Below, piece by piece: positions 31,036 to 40,455 of a stretch of DNA of 64,000 nucleotides. The position numbers and the translations under genes are program-made. Origin of the DNA: a virus. Under the pieces are notes generated by a model. The model did no database searches. It saw only the letters and a program-made list of their open reading frames with translations, and was not told where the DNA came from. Where the stretch lies: the IMG/VR virus record IMGVR_UViG_3300044712_000815, positions 64,001-128,000 of that record, one strand, 5' to 3'. How positions within the stretch are numbered: position 1 is the stretch's first letter; each line of letters opens with the position of its first letter.

Positions 31036-32970
31036 ATGGCAAGAAGTACAAAACTTAACAGGGTTTTTAATAGAATTGAATTAAATTATACAAATTTAAC
31101 AAATCAAGTAATAAATTGGTTGAGTTCTGCATATAATAAATCAAGTATTCTTTTTAATTCCGCATCACCATATGGTCAAATATTAGAAGTAGTTAAAGAA
31201 GTTTTTCTTCAAAACATATTATATTTGAAAAATGTTGTTAGACAATTGGACATTGATCAAACAGTTACACCAAAAATGATCAAAATGATTTCGAGGATAT
31301 CAGGACACAATCCATCAAGGGCAATGTCTGCAAAAGGTACACTTAAATTTAAACTTAAACAAGGTATAAATATTGATCAACTCGTTTCTGGTGGGCAAGT
31401 AATAATTTACGATAATACATTAGTAAAAAATAAAACAAATAGTTTATATTATTCAATAAAAATCGGAACAGATAAGAACTATTACCCTCTAACACCAGGT
31501 TGTCAATTTTTTGTAAATATTATACAAGGAAAATATGAAACACAAACGTTTACTGGTACAGGTAAATATTCCCAATCATTTCAAGTTTCAGTTAGTAATA
31601 ATGTAACAATTGATAATTTTGATTATCAGATTACATTAAATGGCATTAATTTAGAAATTAAAGATCATATTTATGATATGCTAGAAAATGAATATGCTTG
31701 TGTTACACGAACTGGGTTTAATGGAGATTTAGATATTTATTTTGGTAATGGCATAAATGGAATTATACCACCAATTGGTTCTATAATAAAAGTGACATAT
31801 TTATTATCTAATGGATTAATTGGAAATATTTTAAATAATAAAGTTAATGATTTTTATTTTATAGATGATATTTATGATAGTGATGGAAATATATTACAAC
31901 CATCAGCACTTTTTGATATTTTTGTGGAAACTGATATAAAATTTGCAAGTAATGGTGAAAGTGTAGAATACACAAAAAGTGTTGTTCCTTATGTATCAAG
32001 AAATTTTGTACTAGCAACACCAGCACAATTTATTTATCATCTAAAAAAATTAAATATGTTTTCTAAAGTCAATGCATTTAATACATTAGATATGGTTAAA
32101 ATTGATATTGATAGTGATGGAAATTTAGATAATATTAATATTAATGAAATGTATTTGTATTTAATTCCAAGAATAACAGATTATTATTCAACTGACACTA
32201 ATTATTTCAATGTTCCATTTTCTGCATTTTTATTAGATCAAGTTGAAAAAGATAGAATCATAACATATCTTAAAAAACAAGGAATATTAAGTATTACATC
32301 TACCATTAAAATAATTGATCCAATACCAAAATATTTTATTATAAATTTATTTATTAGAAAATATGATGATATTGAAGAAGATAATATTAGAGAACAAGTT
32401 ATAAATATTTTGTCTGATTATTTTTCAACATATGATAGATATGATCGAGTTATTAAAGCCGATTTAATAGCTAAATTAAAACAGATTGATGGTATAGATT
32501 CACTTAACCTAGAATTTGTTGGTAAAGATAATGAAGATTATCATAGGGATGGTGCATTATTGTCATCAACTAAAAAAACTGTAATTGAATCAACTTATGC
32601 CACATCATCAAATTCAGTTAATGTATCATCAAATTCATATAGAAATATTGTTTCTACTTCAGGTTCAACTAACAGTGATAGTAGTGTAATGTTAGCTAAT
32701 TCGATAACTATTAATGGTAATCCGGCATCGACATCAGTTGGTTCATCAACAATTGTAGCATATGATAGCACAAGTCAATATGATGCAACTAAAATGGTTG
32801 GAATTGATCCAGTATTGGGTGATATTGTTATCGGAAGTAATGAATTAGTAATTTTAAGAGGTGGTTGGAATAATAGAAATGGTGTATATTTTAGTGAAGA
32901 CCCAAAAACTACATCTGGATTAAATACAGTTAATATTATTTGGAAAGGTGTTACACCAAGAAAGAAATGA
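31036..32970 (+). CDS. Baseplate wedge protein (T4 gp6-like)
   Basis: ISGHNPSRAMSAKG, IYFGNGING.IPPIGS.I.VTYL.SNG..GN. Confidence 0.8.
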   Translation: MARSTKLNRVFNRIELNYTNLTNQVINWLSSAYNKSSILFNSASPYGQILEVVKEVFLQNILYLKNVVRQLDIDQTVTPKMIKMISRISGHNPSRAMSAKGTLKFKLKQGINIDQLVSGGQVIIYDNTLVKNKTNSLYYSIKIGTDKNYYPLTPGCQFFVNIIQGKYETQTFTGTGKYSQSFQVSVSNNVTIDNFDYQITLNGINLEIKDHIYDMLENEYACVTRTGFNGDLDIYFGNGINGIIPPIGSIIKVTYLLSNGLIGNILNNKVNDFYFIDDIYDSDGNILQPSALFDIFVETDIKFASNGESVEYTKSVVPYVSRNFVLATPAQFIYHLKKLNMFSKVNAFNTLDMVKIDIDSDGNLDNININEMYLYLIPRITDYYSTDTNYFNVPFSAFLLDQVEKDRIITYLKKQGILSITSTIKIIDPIPKYFIINLFIRKYDDIEEDNIREQVINILSDYFSTYDRYDRVIKADLIAKLKQIDGIDSLNLEFVGKDNEDYHRDGALLSSTKKTVIESTYATSSNSVNVSSNSYRNIVSTSGSTNSDSSVMLANSITINGNPASTSVGSSTIVAYDSTSQYDATKMVGIDPVLGDIVIGSNELVILRGGWNNRNGVYFSEDPKTTSGLNTVNIIWKGVTPRKK

Positions 32971-33248
32971 TTATGGAAGATTGGAAAAAAGATGCACCAC
33001 TAATAAGACCTGAAGAAGAAGGATTAAACTATCCATATTTGCAAAGACTCAGATATAATCCAAATTATTATTGTCCCAATGAAGAAGATTTAAATATTGG
33101 GGATGTTATTGTTATTGGAACATATAGATCGAGTCGTGATGGATCACCAAATATTGGATGGGTAGAAACAACAGTAAAAGGATTGCCGTTATGTAACTTT
33201 TATAGTGGTTATATAACTTGTATGAAATTGACATATTGTAACATTTGA
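32967..33248 (+). CDS. Hypothetical protein
   Basis: ATGA-coupled ORF. Confidence 0.5.
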   Translation: MIMEDWKKDAPLIRPEEEGLNYPYLQRLRYNPNYYCPNEEDLNIGDVIVIGTYRSSRDGSPNIGWVETTVKGLPLCNFYSGYITCMKLTYCNI

Positions 33249-33290
33249 TCCAATATCAAAATTCATAGATAAAAATAATAATTTAAGACC

Positions 33291-33536
33291 TTATTTGGCA
33301 AATTTAAATAAACTATAATCAATTGTGTTATCGTATGTCCAACATTCTTTGCCAATATCATATTTACTATCTAATTCATTATTTTCGGCAGCAGTAATTA
33401 TTGCACGACATTCTCTATATGTTAAATTGTATTTTTTCTTAATATCATATATTGATAAATAACTATTATATGGTATTTTTAGTTGAATCATACAACTAGA
33501 TAAAAGGAACAATAATACTATCAGTGTTTTTTTCAT
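33291..33536 (-). CDS. Putative small lipoprotein
   Basis: MKKTLIVLLFLLSSC lipobox-like signal. Confidence 0.55.
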   Translation of the reverse strand: MKKTLIVLLFLLSSCMIQLKIPYNSYLSIYDIKKKYNLTYRECRAIITAAENNELDSKYDIGKECWTYDNTIDYSLFKFAK

Positions 33537-33548
33537 TTTTATGCGTTT

Positions 33549-33830
33549 TTATTTATTTAGAAATTCATTAAAAATTTCTACTTTATTATATAATACAAAC
33601 TTGTGAATATAATACGCTAGTGTCTTATAATTTTTATATTCATAAATATCTTTAATATTATAATCAATTAAAAAATTATTATCTACTGCCATCATATAGT
33701 TATCATTTTGATCAAACCAATATGTCATTTCATATATTTTATCATTAATTTTCATAGAAAGTATAACAGCAACACCATTATTTATTTCTCCAATATAATC
33801 TATAATTGATATAAAATTAGAATCTTCCAT
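33549..33830 (-). CDS. Hypothetical protein
   Basis: 93-aa ORF. Confidence 0.6.
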   Translation of the reverse strand: MEDSNFISIIDYIGEINNGVAVILSMKINDKIYEMTYWFDQNDNYMMAVDNNFLIDYNIKDIYEYKNYKTLAYYIHKFVLYNKVEIFNEFLNK

Positions 33831-33868
33831 TAGGGAAAAATATTTTTTAATATATATATAAATAAAAT

Positions 33869-34267
33869 ATGGTTACTATGGTAGATATAGATAAATATGA
33901 AGAACAATTGTGGAATAGAATGACTCCACTTATATCATATCACGATTTACTTAAAATGAAAAATGTTAAACATTGTGTATTATGCTTAGATCGTGATGGC
34001 GTTTGGAAACGATTAGAATTAAAATGGGCGTTAGCTTTTTTCGAAAATATTAATGATAATAAGAAAGCGGATAAAATTAAAAATATAATGAAAAAACATT
34101 ATATCGCTGATGATAAAATACAAAAAAAATTAAATATAGAATTAAAAAAATATCACAAAAAATCACCAGAAATACAAAAGGGCTTCTTTCAAACCTCCTA
34201 CGATAAGGATGAAAAAGGCATGTTGTATGTGTATTGGGATCATCAAATTAAAATATATGTGAAATGA
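33869..34267 (+). CDS. Hypothetical protein
   Basis: ORF downstream of TATAAATA (33857-33864). Confidence 0.6.
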   Translation: MVTMVDIDKYEEQLWNRMTPLISYHDLLKMKNVKHCVLCLDRDGVWKRLELKWALAFFENINDNKKADKIKNIMKKHYIADDKIQKKLNIELKKYHKKSPEIQKGFFQTSYDKDEKGMLYVYWDHQIKIYVK

Positions 34268-34268
34268 T

Positions 34269-34640
34269 ATGGCATTAAGAGATGTAAAAGATTTGGTCAT
34301 TAGATATGATGGTCATCCTAAATATGAAAAAAATAGAATTGTTGAAGATGATGAAATTGAAGTCATTGTTCAAAAGTTAGAAATGATATTATTTACCAAT
34401 AAAGGTGAAGTGTTAGGTGACATCGAAATAGGTTGTAATTTAGAATATTATTTGTGGAAAACACGAGTTACAACCGGAACATTAAAAAGCAAAGTAGAAG
34501 AACAAATTGCAAATTATATTCCAGAATTATCAGCATTAGGATATTTATTTAATATAGACCTTTATGAAGGTACATTAAGAGATATTCTATATTTAAATTT
34601 TGTGATAAAAGGATATAATGTTCAATTTATTTTCGAATAA
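34269..34640 (+). CDS. Baseplate protein (T4 gp25-like)
   Basis: QKLEMILFTNKGEVLGD.EIGCNLEYYLW...QIANYIPEL. Confidence 0.75.
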   Translation: MALRDVKDLVIRYDGHPKYEKNRIVEDDEIEVIVQKLEMILFTNKGEVLGDIEIGCNLEYYLWKTRVTTGTLKSKVEEQIANYIPELSALGYLFNIDLYEGTLRDILYLNFVIKGYNVQFIFE

Positions 34641-34655
34641 AAATTAAAAAATTGT

Positions 34656-35189
34656 ATGGCAGAAAAACAACCAGAAAAAAAAGAAAAAGTAGAAGAATTT
34701 ATATTAACAACGGAATTAATAAAAGAAATAGAAGAAAAAGAAAATTTAGGAAAAATTTTAAAACGATATGAAAAATTGTGGTTTTCAAATTTAAGGGGAA
34801 TTCGAAAATCAAATTTAACATTTGCTATGACAGATGATGAATGGTTAGAATATATCAAATGTAAAATAAATATTCATTATTTCGCTGAAAATTATTGCCA
34901 AATTAAACGAGAAGATGGTACAATCGGACCAATGAAACTTCGAGATTATCAAAAAGATATTATTGATCTATATACTAAAAATCCACGAAGCATATTAATG
35001 GCATCAAGACAAACTGGAAAATGCAACTATTTCAATATCAACGTGTTAGTTAAAAATAATAATGGACAAGAATATAATATTTGTGTTGGGGAACTATATT
35101 ATACTGAATTAAAGAAAGATAGAAAATTAACAATTTTAGAAAATTTAAAAATATTTTTATATAGAATATTAAATAAATTAGATAATTAA
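34656..35189 (+). CDS. terL: Terminase large subunit N-fragment plus 55-aa N-intein
   Basis: YFAENYC, LRDYQ, Walker A ASRQTGK followed directly by intein Cys1 (codon 35022). Confidence 0.9.
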   Translation: MAEKQPEKKEKVEEFILTTELIKEIEEKENLGKILKRYEKLWFSNLRGIRKSNLTFAMTDDEWLEYIKCKINIHYFAENYCQIKREDGTIGPMKLRDYQKDIIDLYTKNPRSILMASRQTGKCNYFNINVLVKNNNGQEYNICVGELYYTELKKDRKLTILENLKIFLYRILNKLDN

Positions 35190-35250
35190 TTCTCTTTCCG
35201 CTTTGGCGAAAAGCCATAAAAAATAATTAATATATAGAAATAAAAATATT

Positions 35251-36210
35251 ATGGAAGAAGATTATATAGAATGTAAAATTTGTGGATTTAAATCAAAAAG
35301 AATTTATGGTCGTCATTTGAAATCACATGGATTAACATCAAAAGAATATAAGGAAATGTATCCAGATGCATTGTTATATGCAGATTGTGATTATAAAAAC
35401 ACATCTAAAAATAGTGGATTGCATATGAAAACTGAAAAATATAAAAAAATATTTTCTGAAAAAATAAAAGGTGAAAAAAACCCAAATCATAAATCTAATA
35501 CAACAATAGAAAAACGACAAAAATGTTCACCATTTTCTAAAGAATTTAAAAATTATTCAGATGATAAAGAACGAACAGTATTTATAAAAAATATATGTAA
35601 TAATAAATCATATCAAGTAAGATTAAATTATTGGTTAAATAAAGGATTTAATGAAATTGATGCTGAATTAAAATTGAAAGAAAGACAATCCACATTTTCA
35701 TTAGATATATGTATTAATAAATATGGTGATGAAAAAGGAACCGAAATATATAATAGTAGACAACAAAAATGGCAAAAATCTTTAGTGGAAAATGGCAACT
35801 TGAAATGTGGATATTCTATGATATCGCAAGAATTGTTTTTTATTATATTAGAAAAATATAAATTTGAAAATAGAAAAAAAATATATTTTGCAACAAAAAA
35901 CCAAGAATATTTTATTTGTAAAGGAAAAAGTGAATTTTATCAATTTGATTTTGTTGATTTGGAAAATAAAAAAATAATAGAATATAATGGTGATAAATAT
36001 CATGCAAATCCAAAATTGTATGAAGCTACTGATCATCCCCACCCATTCAGAAAATGGATAACTGCACAAGAAATTTGGGATAAAGACAAACGAAAAGAAT
36101 TAGTTGCGAATGATGAAGGATTTCAAGTTTTAACAATTTGGGATTCTGAATATAAAAAAAATAAACAAGCTACATTAGAAAAATGCTTAATATTTTTAGA
36201 TAAAAAATAA
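35251..36210 (+). CDS. Free-standing homing endonuclease (C2H2 Zn finger plus Vsr-like nuclease)
   Basis: CKICG..HLKSHG; FDFVDLENKKIIEYNGDKYHANP; VLTIWDSEY; sits between the terL halves. Confidence 0.85.
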   Translation: MEEDYIECKICGFKSKRIYGRHLKSHGLTSKEYKEMYPDALLYADCDYKNTSKNSGLHMKTEKYKKIFSEKIKGEKNPNHKSNTTIEKRQKCSPFSKEFKNYSDDKERTVFIKNICNNKSYQVRLNYWLNKGFNEIDAELKLKERQSTFSLDICINKYGDEKGTEIYNSRQQKWQKSLVENGNLKCGYSMISQELFFIILEKYKFENRKKIYFATKNQEYFICKGKSEFYQFDFVDLENKKIIEYNGDKYHANPKLYEATDHPHPFRKWITAQEIWDKDKRKELVANDEGFQVLTIWDSEYKKNKQATLEKCLIFLDKK

Positions 36211-36219
36211 TTTATTTAT

Positions 36220-38397
36220 ATGTTAAAAAACTATTTGAAAAATATAATATACTTCTTAATTCAATTAATAGAAAAATATGAATTTAGACATTTCGATCCT
36301 AATGAAGATGATATAATGAAAAAATTTGTAAATACTATATTTTTAGAAAATGAAATATTAGTTGAAACTGATTATGGATTCGTTCCTGTGACAGAACTAA
36401 ATATTACTCAACCATTTCAACGATATAAATTAGAATTAGAAAATGGAATATGGTTTGAAGGTGCTGACACACATACAATATTTACTAAAGATCATATTCA
36501 AAAAGCATTAATAGATTTAACAACAGATGATTTTGTTATAACTAAGTATGGATTAAGCAAAGTTAAATTAATAAAAAAAATGTACGGAAAGGTTAGTATG
36601 TTTGATTTATCCATCAATACACCTGAAATGAGTTATTATACAAATGATATATTGAGTCACAACACAGTGAGTGCTGCCATTGTTATTTTACATTTTGTTT
36701 TATTTAATGATGATAAGGGTTGTATGATCGTAGCAAATAAAGGTAAAACTGTAAAAGAAATTATTAGAAAAATTAAAGATATTTATAAATTATTACCATT
36801 TTTCTTAAAAAAAGGTGTTGTAAACTGGAATGAAACTCAAATTGCATTTGAAAATAATTCTCGTATCCAAACAGAAAACAGAACAAAAGACCCATCAATT
36901 GGTTTTACAATTGACCTACTATATCTTGATGAATTTGCACATATTCCAGATAATTTTATAAGGGAATATTATGGTGCGATAGTACCTGTTGTATCTTCTA
37001 TATCCAATTCTAGGATAATAATAACATCAACCCCGTGTGGATATAATATGTTTTGGGAACTGATAACTGCGGCAGAATTGCCTGATGATGATCCAAATAA
37101 AAGTCCATATAAAGCGATGCGAGTTCTTTGGACACAAGTACCTGGACGAGAAGATACAAATATAAAAATTATAGATGCTAAATTAAAGAAATTTAGTATA
37201 TCTAAATCTCAAGTATTAAAGGATATAAGGGAAAAATATGATATAACATTATATAAAAAACACGTTGGGGATGACATTATAGATTGTGTTAAGTATGATG
37301 TAAAAGATGAAAAAACATATATTGATAATATACGAAAAATTAGAATAAATGGAATTCCTCTTCCTGAATTGGCAATAATTAACAATTGGCAAGAAGAAGA
37401 AACAAAATTGTTGGGTTCACCTGAAATTTTTGATCAGGAATATGGATTACATTTTGTGACAGGTGATAAAATTTTATTTGGTAAAGAAATAATAGATTTA
37501 TTAAAAAGTCAACAAACACAATTTGATTATATGGAACTACCCGCATTTGGAAAATTGCCATTTCCATATGATTCTATGAAATGGATAAGAAATTTGAATC
37601 TTTTTAATCCACTTAAAGTAAAAGATTATTATATATTGATATCTATTGATTTGGCTGAAGGATTAGCAAAAGATTATTCGGTTATAAATATATTTAGATT
37701 GATGTTAAGAGATAAAGAAGAAATTGAAAAGTACAAATATGAAAATTTGTATGATTTATTTAAACTTGAACAAATTGGATTATATCGTAATAATGTATAT
37801 TCAATTAAGGAAATTGCACATATACTATATTGTATAGCATTTGAATTATTTGATCCAGAAAAAATTAAAGTTAATTTAGAATATAATATGTTTGGTGGTG
37901 AATTTTTAACCCAATTACCACAAGTATTTAATGGTGAAAATAATTATTCAAATTCAATATTTTTAAGATATAAACATAATCGAGAAGATGTTGGTGCAAG
38001 AATAGGCTTGAAATTAAACAAAGATAAACATTTGATTATAGATAAAGAATTTCAACAAGCTATTAAGCAAAGAAAAATGATACTACATCATGAACTAAAT
38101 ATAAAAGAAATTACAACATTCAGCAAACACGAAACAGCAGCAGGTAATGTAACTTATAGGGCAGAAAGTGGTAATGATGATGTCGTTATGACTACAATAA
38201 CATTATCTTGTTGTTTTGATAATATTGGTTATAAAAATCTTATTGATATGTATGTTAATTGTAATTTACAAGGTGATGTGTTAAGATATATAGAAACAAT
38301 CACAAATAAATCTAATAATGCTGAAAATATGATTGGTGCATATAATAGAATATATCGAAGAAGACCAGAAATGTATAATTCTAGATATCCTAGATAA
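36220..38397 (+). CDS. terL: 148-aa C-intein plus terminase large subunit C-fragment (remainder of ATPase, RNase H nuclease)
   Basis: Intein blocks GADTH, MFDLSI, YYTNDILSHN|T (junction 36663/36664); then LYLDEFAH, ITSTP, IDLAEG..DYS, GNDDVVM. Confidence 0.92.
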   Translation: MLKNYLKNIIYFLIQLIEKYEFRHFDPNEDDIMKKFVNTIFLENEILVETDYGFVPVTELNITQPFQRYKLELENGIWFEGADTHTIFTKDHIQKALIDLTTDDFVITKYGLSKVKLIKKMYGKVSMFDLSINTPEMSYYTNDILSHNTVSAAIVILHFVLFNDDKGCMIVANKGKTVKEIIRKIKDIYKLLPFFLKKGVVNWNETQIAFENNSRIQTENRTKDPSIGFTIDLLYLDEFAHIPDNFIREYYGAIVPVVSSISNSRIIITSTPCGYNMFWELITAAELPDDDPNKSPYKAMRVLWTQVPGREDTNIKIIDAKLKKFSISKSQVLKDIREKYDITLYKKHVGDDIIDCVKYDVKDEKTYIDNIRKIRINGIPLPELAIINNWQEEETKLLGSPEIFDQEYGLHFVTGDKILFGKEIIDLLKSQQTQFDYMELPAFGKLPFPYDSMKWIRNLNLFNPLKVKDYYILISIDLAEGLAKDYSVINIFRLMLRDKEEIEKYKYENLYDLFKLEQIGLYRNNVYSIKEIAHILYCIAFELFDPEKIKVNLEYNMFGGEFLTQLPQVFNGENNYSNSIFLRYKHNREDVGARIGLKLNKDKHLIIDKEFQQAIKQRKMILHHELNIKEITTFSKHETAAGNVTYRAESGNDDVVMTTITLSCCFDNIGYKNLIDMYVNCNLQGDVLRYIETITNKSNNAENMIGAYNRIYRRRPEMYNSRYPR

Positions 38398-38791
38398 TTA
38401 TTTTTTTAAATTTCAAATTATATTTGTCGATATTTTTATTATAATTATTAATTTCTTTTTTTCTAGTTTCATCATCAAGTAACCAATAATTGTTACGTGA
38501 TGATGGACCATGGAGATAGAAATTGTTTGATAGTTTTTTACATACCATTGCACAAACCTTTGAATCAATTTTCGTTTTAATTGATAGTTCATATGATTTT
38601 TTTAATTTTATTTGTATTTGTTTTTCAATATTATTTGGAATATCCCAATTATTATATGGTGAAACTATTACAAATCTTGAATAAGAATTATCTTTTTCTT
38701 TGTGAATTATTCGAGAATTGTTCAATAATTCTAATATTGATGTTTTTATATTATCAAGGTCTATCGTTAAATTTTCTATATAAGTATTCAT
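38390..38791 (-). CDS. Hypothetical protein
   Basis: 133-aa ORF. Confidence 0.6.
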   Translation of the reverse strand: MNTYIENLTIDLDNIKTSILELLNNSRIIHKEKDNSYSRFVIVSPYNNWDIPNNIEKQIQIKLKKSYELSIKTKIDSKVCAMVCKKLSNNFYLHGPSSRNNYWLLDDETRKKEINNYNKNIDKYNLKFKKIII

Positions 38792-38796
38792 AATAT

Positions 38797-38952
38797 TTAT
38801 TTTAATTTTTCTTTTATAATCTTTTCAATGTGTTCAGAATAATTTTCTATTCCATTATCCGAACAGTATTTGACCCACAATTCATAAACATCCGGATCAA
38901 TTGAAAATGACACCTTCTTTCTCTTCTTTTCATCTGAAATTTTTCTTCGCAT
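38797..38952 (-). CDS. Ribbon-helix-helix (RHH)-like DNA-binding protein (51 aa, not in the ORF track)
   Basis: MRRKISDEKKRKKVSFSIDPDVYELWVKYC...NYSEHIEKII. Confidence 0.7.
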   Translation of the reverse strand: MRRKISDEKKRKKVSFSIDPDVYELWVKYCSDNGIENYSEHIEKIIKEKLK

Positions 38953-39100
38953 AGCTTTTTTTATTGTTATATAAAAAATTTTTAAAAAAGTTTTTTTTTA
39001 TTAATTTATTGAACACTAACATCTTAGTGTTTTTTCACTATAAAAATGGTATTTTTTGACTTTTTTATATTTATATATAATAAAAAAACAAATAAAAGTT

Positions 39101-39277
39101 ATGAAAGATGTAAATAAAAAAATCGTAGTGTCAATTTCATTAGAACCAGAACTATTGAAACTTGTGAATGATACAGTTTCAAATAGATCGAAATTCCTGG
39201 AAAATTGTATCATATCAGAATTATGCAAATCCGAAGATATCAAATCTGAACTAAAAAAGAAATTTATTATTTTATGA
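39101..39277 (+). CDS. RHH-like protein coupled to the GIY-YIG gene
   Basis: KKIVVSISLEPELL...NRSKFLENCI; ATGA overlap. Confidence 0.7.
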   Translation: MKDVNKKIVVSISLEPELLKLVNDTVSNRSKFLENCIISELCKSEDIKSELKKKFIIL

Positions 39278-40422
39278 AATGGACTTTAGAAAAACTTCAA
39301 GAAGAAGCTGATAAATATTTGACTCGTGGTGAATTTCAAAAAAACTGTTCAGGTGCATATACATTTGCAAGAATACACAATTTATTGGATATATTATTTG
39401 ACAAACACAAATATAATGGATATTACAATAATAATAAACCTAAAGGGTATTGGACATTAGAAAGACTTCAAGAAGTAGCAAATAAATGTAAAACTAGAAT
39501 GGAATTAAAACAAAATTTTTGTGGTGCATATTCTAATGCTGTAAAATCAAAATTGTTGGATTTTTTGTTTAAAAATCATAAAAATAATGGATATCTTAAT
39601 GATGATGGTTGGATTAAAAATAATTATGTTATATATGTATATGAATTAGAAAAATTCAATATCGCATATGTTGGATTAACAAATAATATAAATCGAAGAG
39701 ATAAAGAACATTTATTTAATCCAAATGAAAAACTTAGTCAATTTTGTAAAGATCAAAATGTATCCTATCCTGAATATAAAATACTAGAAATTGGATTAAA
39801 TTCATATACAGTAAGAAATAGAGAATTGTTTTGGTTAAATTATTATAAAAATGATGGTTGGATAATGTATAATATCGCAAAAACTGGGTCATTGGGAAAT
39901 GTTGAAAAATATTCAAAATCAAAATTACAAAAAGAAGTAAATAAATATAAAACTAGATTGGAATTTAGTATAAATAATATAAATATGTATAATTGTGCAA
40001 AAAATAGAAAATTACTTGATAATTTATTTAAAACCCATTATAATAGTGGATTTACTGAAGACAAATGGACTTTTGAAATATTACAAATAGAAGCAAATAA
40101 ATATGATACAAGAAATGAATTTTTTAATAATAATTATAATGCCTATCATGCTGCTAGAGATAAAAAACTAATTTCAGAATTATTTAAAAATCACAAAAAT
40201 AATGGATATATAAAACAAAAAAATGTAAATATTCCTTATACATTTTGGTCAAAACATAAATTGCAAGAAGAATGTGACAAATACTTAACAAGATTAGAAT
40301 TTAAAAAAAATAATAAAGCTGCATATAGTGCAGCATTAAGATATAAAATATTAGATGAATTATTCAAAAATCATAAAAATAATGGTTATATAAATAAAAT
40401 AAACCCAAAAACCATCAAATGA
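39274..40422 (+). CDS. GIY-YIG homing endonuclease with KWTLEKLQEEA repeats
   Basis: VIYVYE...AYVGLTNNINRRDKEH; five helical repeats. Confidence 0.8.
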   Translation: MKWTLEKLQEEADKYLTRGEFQKNCSGAYTFARIHNLLDILFDKHKYNGYYNNNKPKGYWTLERLQEVANKCKTRMELKQNFCGAYSNAVKSKLLDFLFKNHKNNGYLNDDGWIKNNYVIYVYELEKFNIAYVGLTNNINRRDKEHLFNPNEKLSQFCKDQNVSYPEYKILEIGLNSYTVRNRELFWLNYYKNDGWIMYNIAKTGSLGNVEKYSKSKLQKEVNKYKTRLEFSINNINMYNCAKNRKLLDNLFKTHYNSGFTEDKWTFEILQIEANKYDTRNEFFNNNYNAYHAARDKKLISELFKNHKNNGYIKQKNVNIPYTFWSKHKLQEECDKYLTRLEFKKNNKAAYSAALRYKILDELFKNHKNNGYINKINPKTIK

Positions 40423-40438
40423 TGGTTTTTGGGTTTTA
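40399..40438. terminator. Bidirectional terminator between GIY-YIG and dnaK
   Basis: aaacccaaaaaccatc-aaat-gatggtttttgggttt. Confidence 0.8.
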
Positions 40439-40455
40439 CTAGTTTTTATTCAGAA

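Noticed and set aside
35190-36219. Group I intron interrupting terL
   Set aside because: Non-coding flanks are only about 60 and 9 nt, too short for a ribozyme core; intein motifs explain the break
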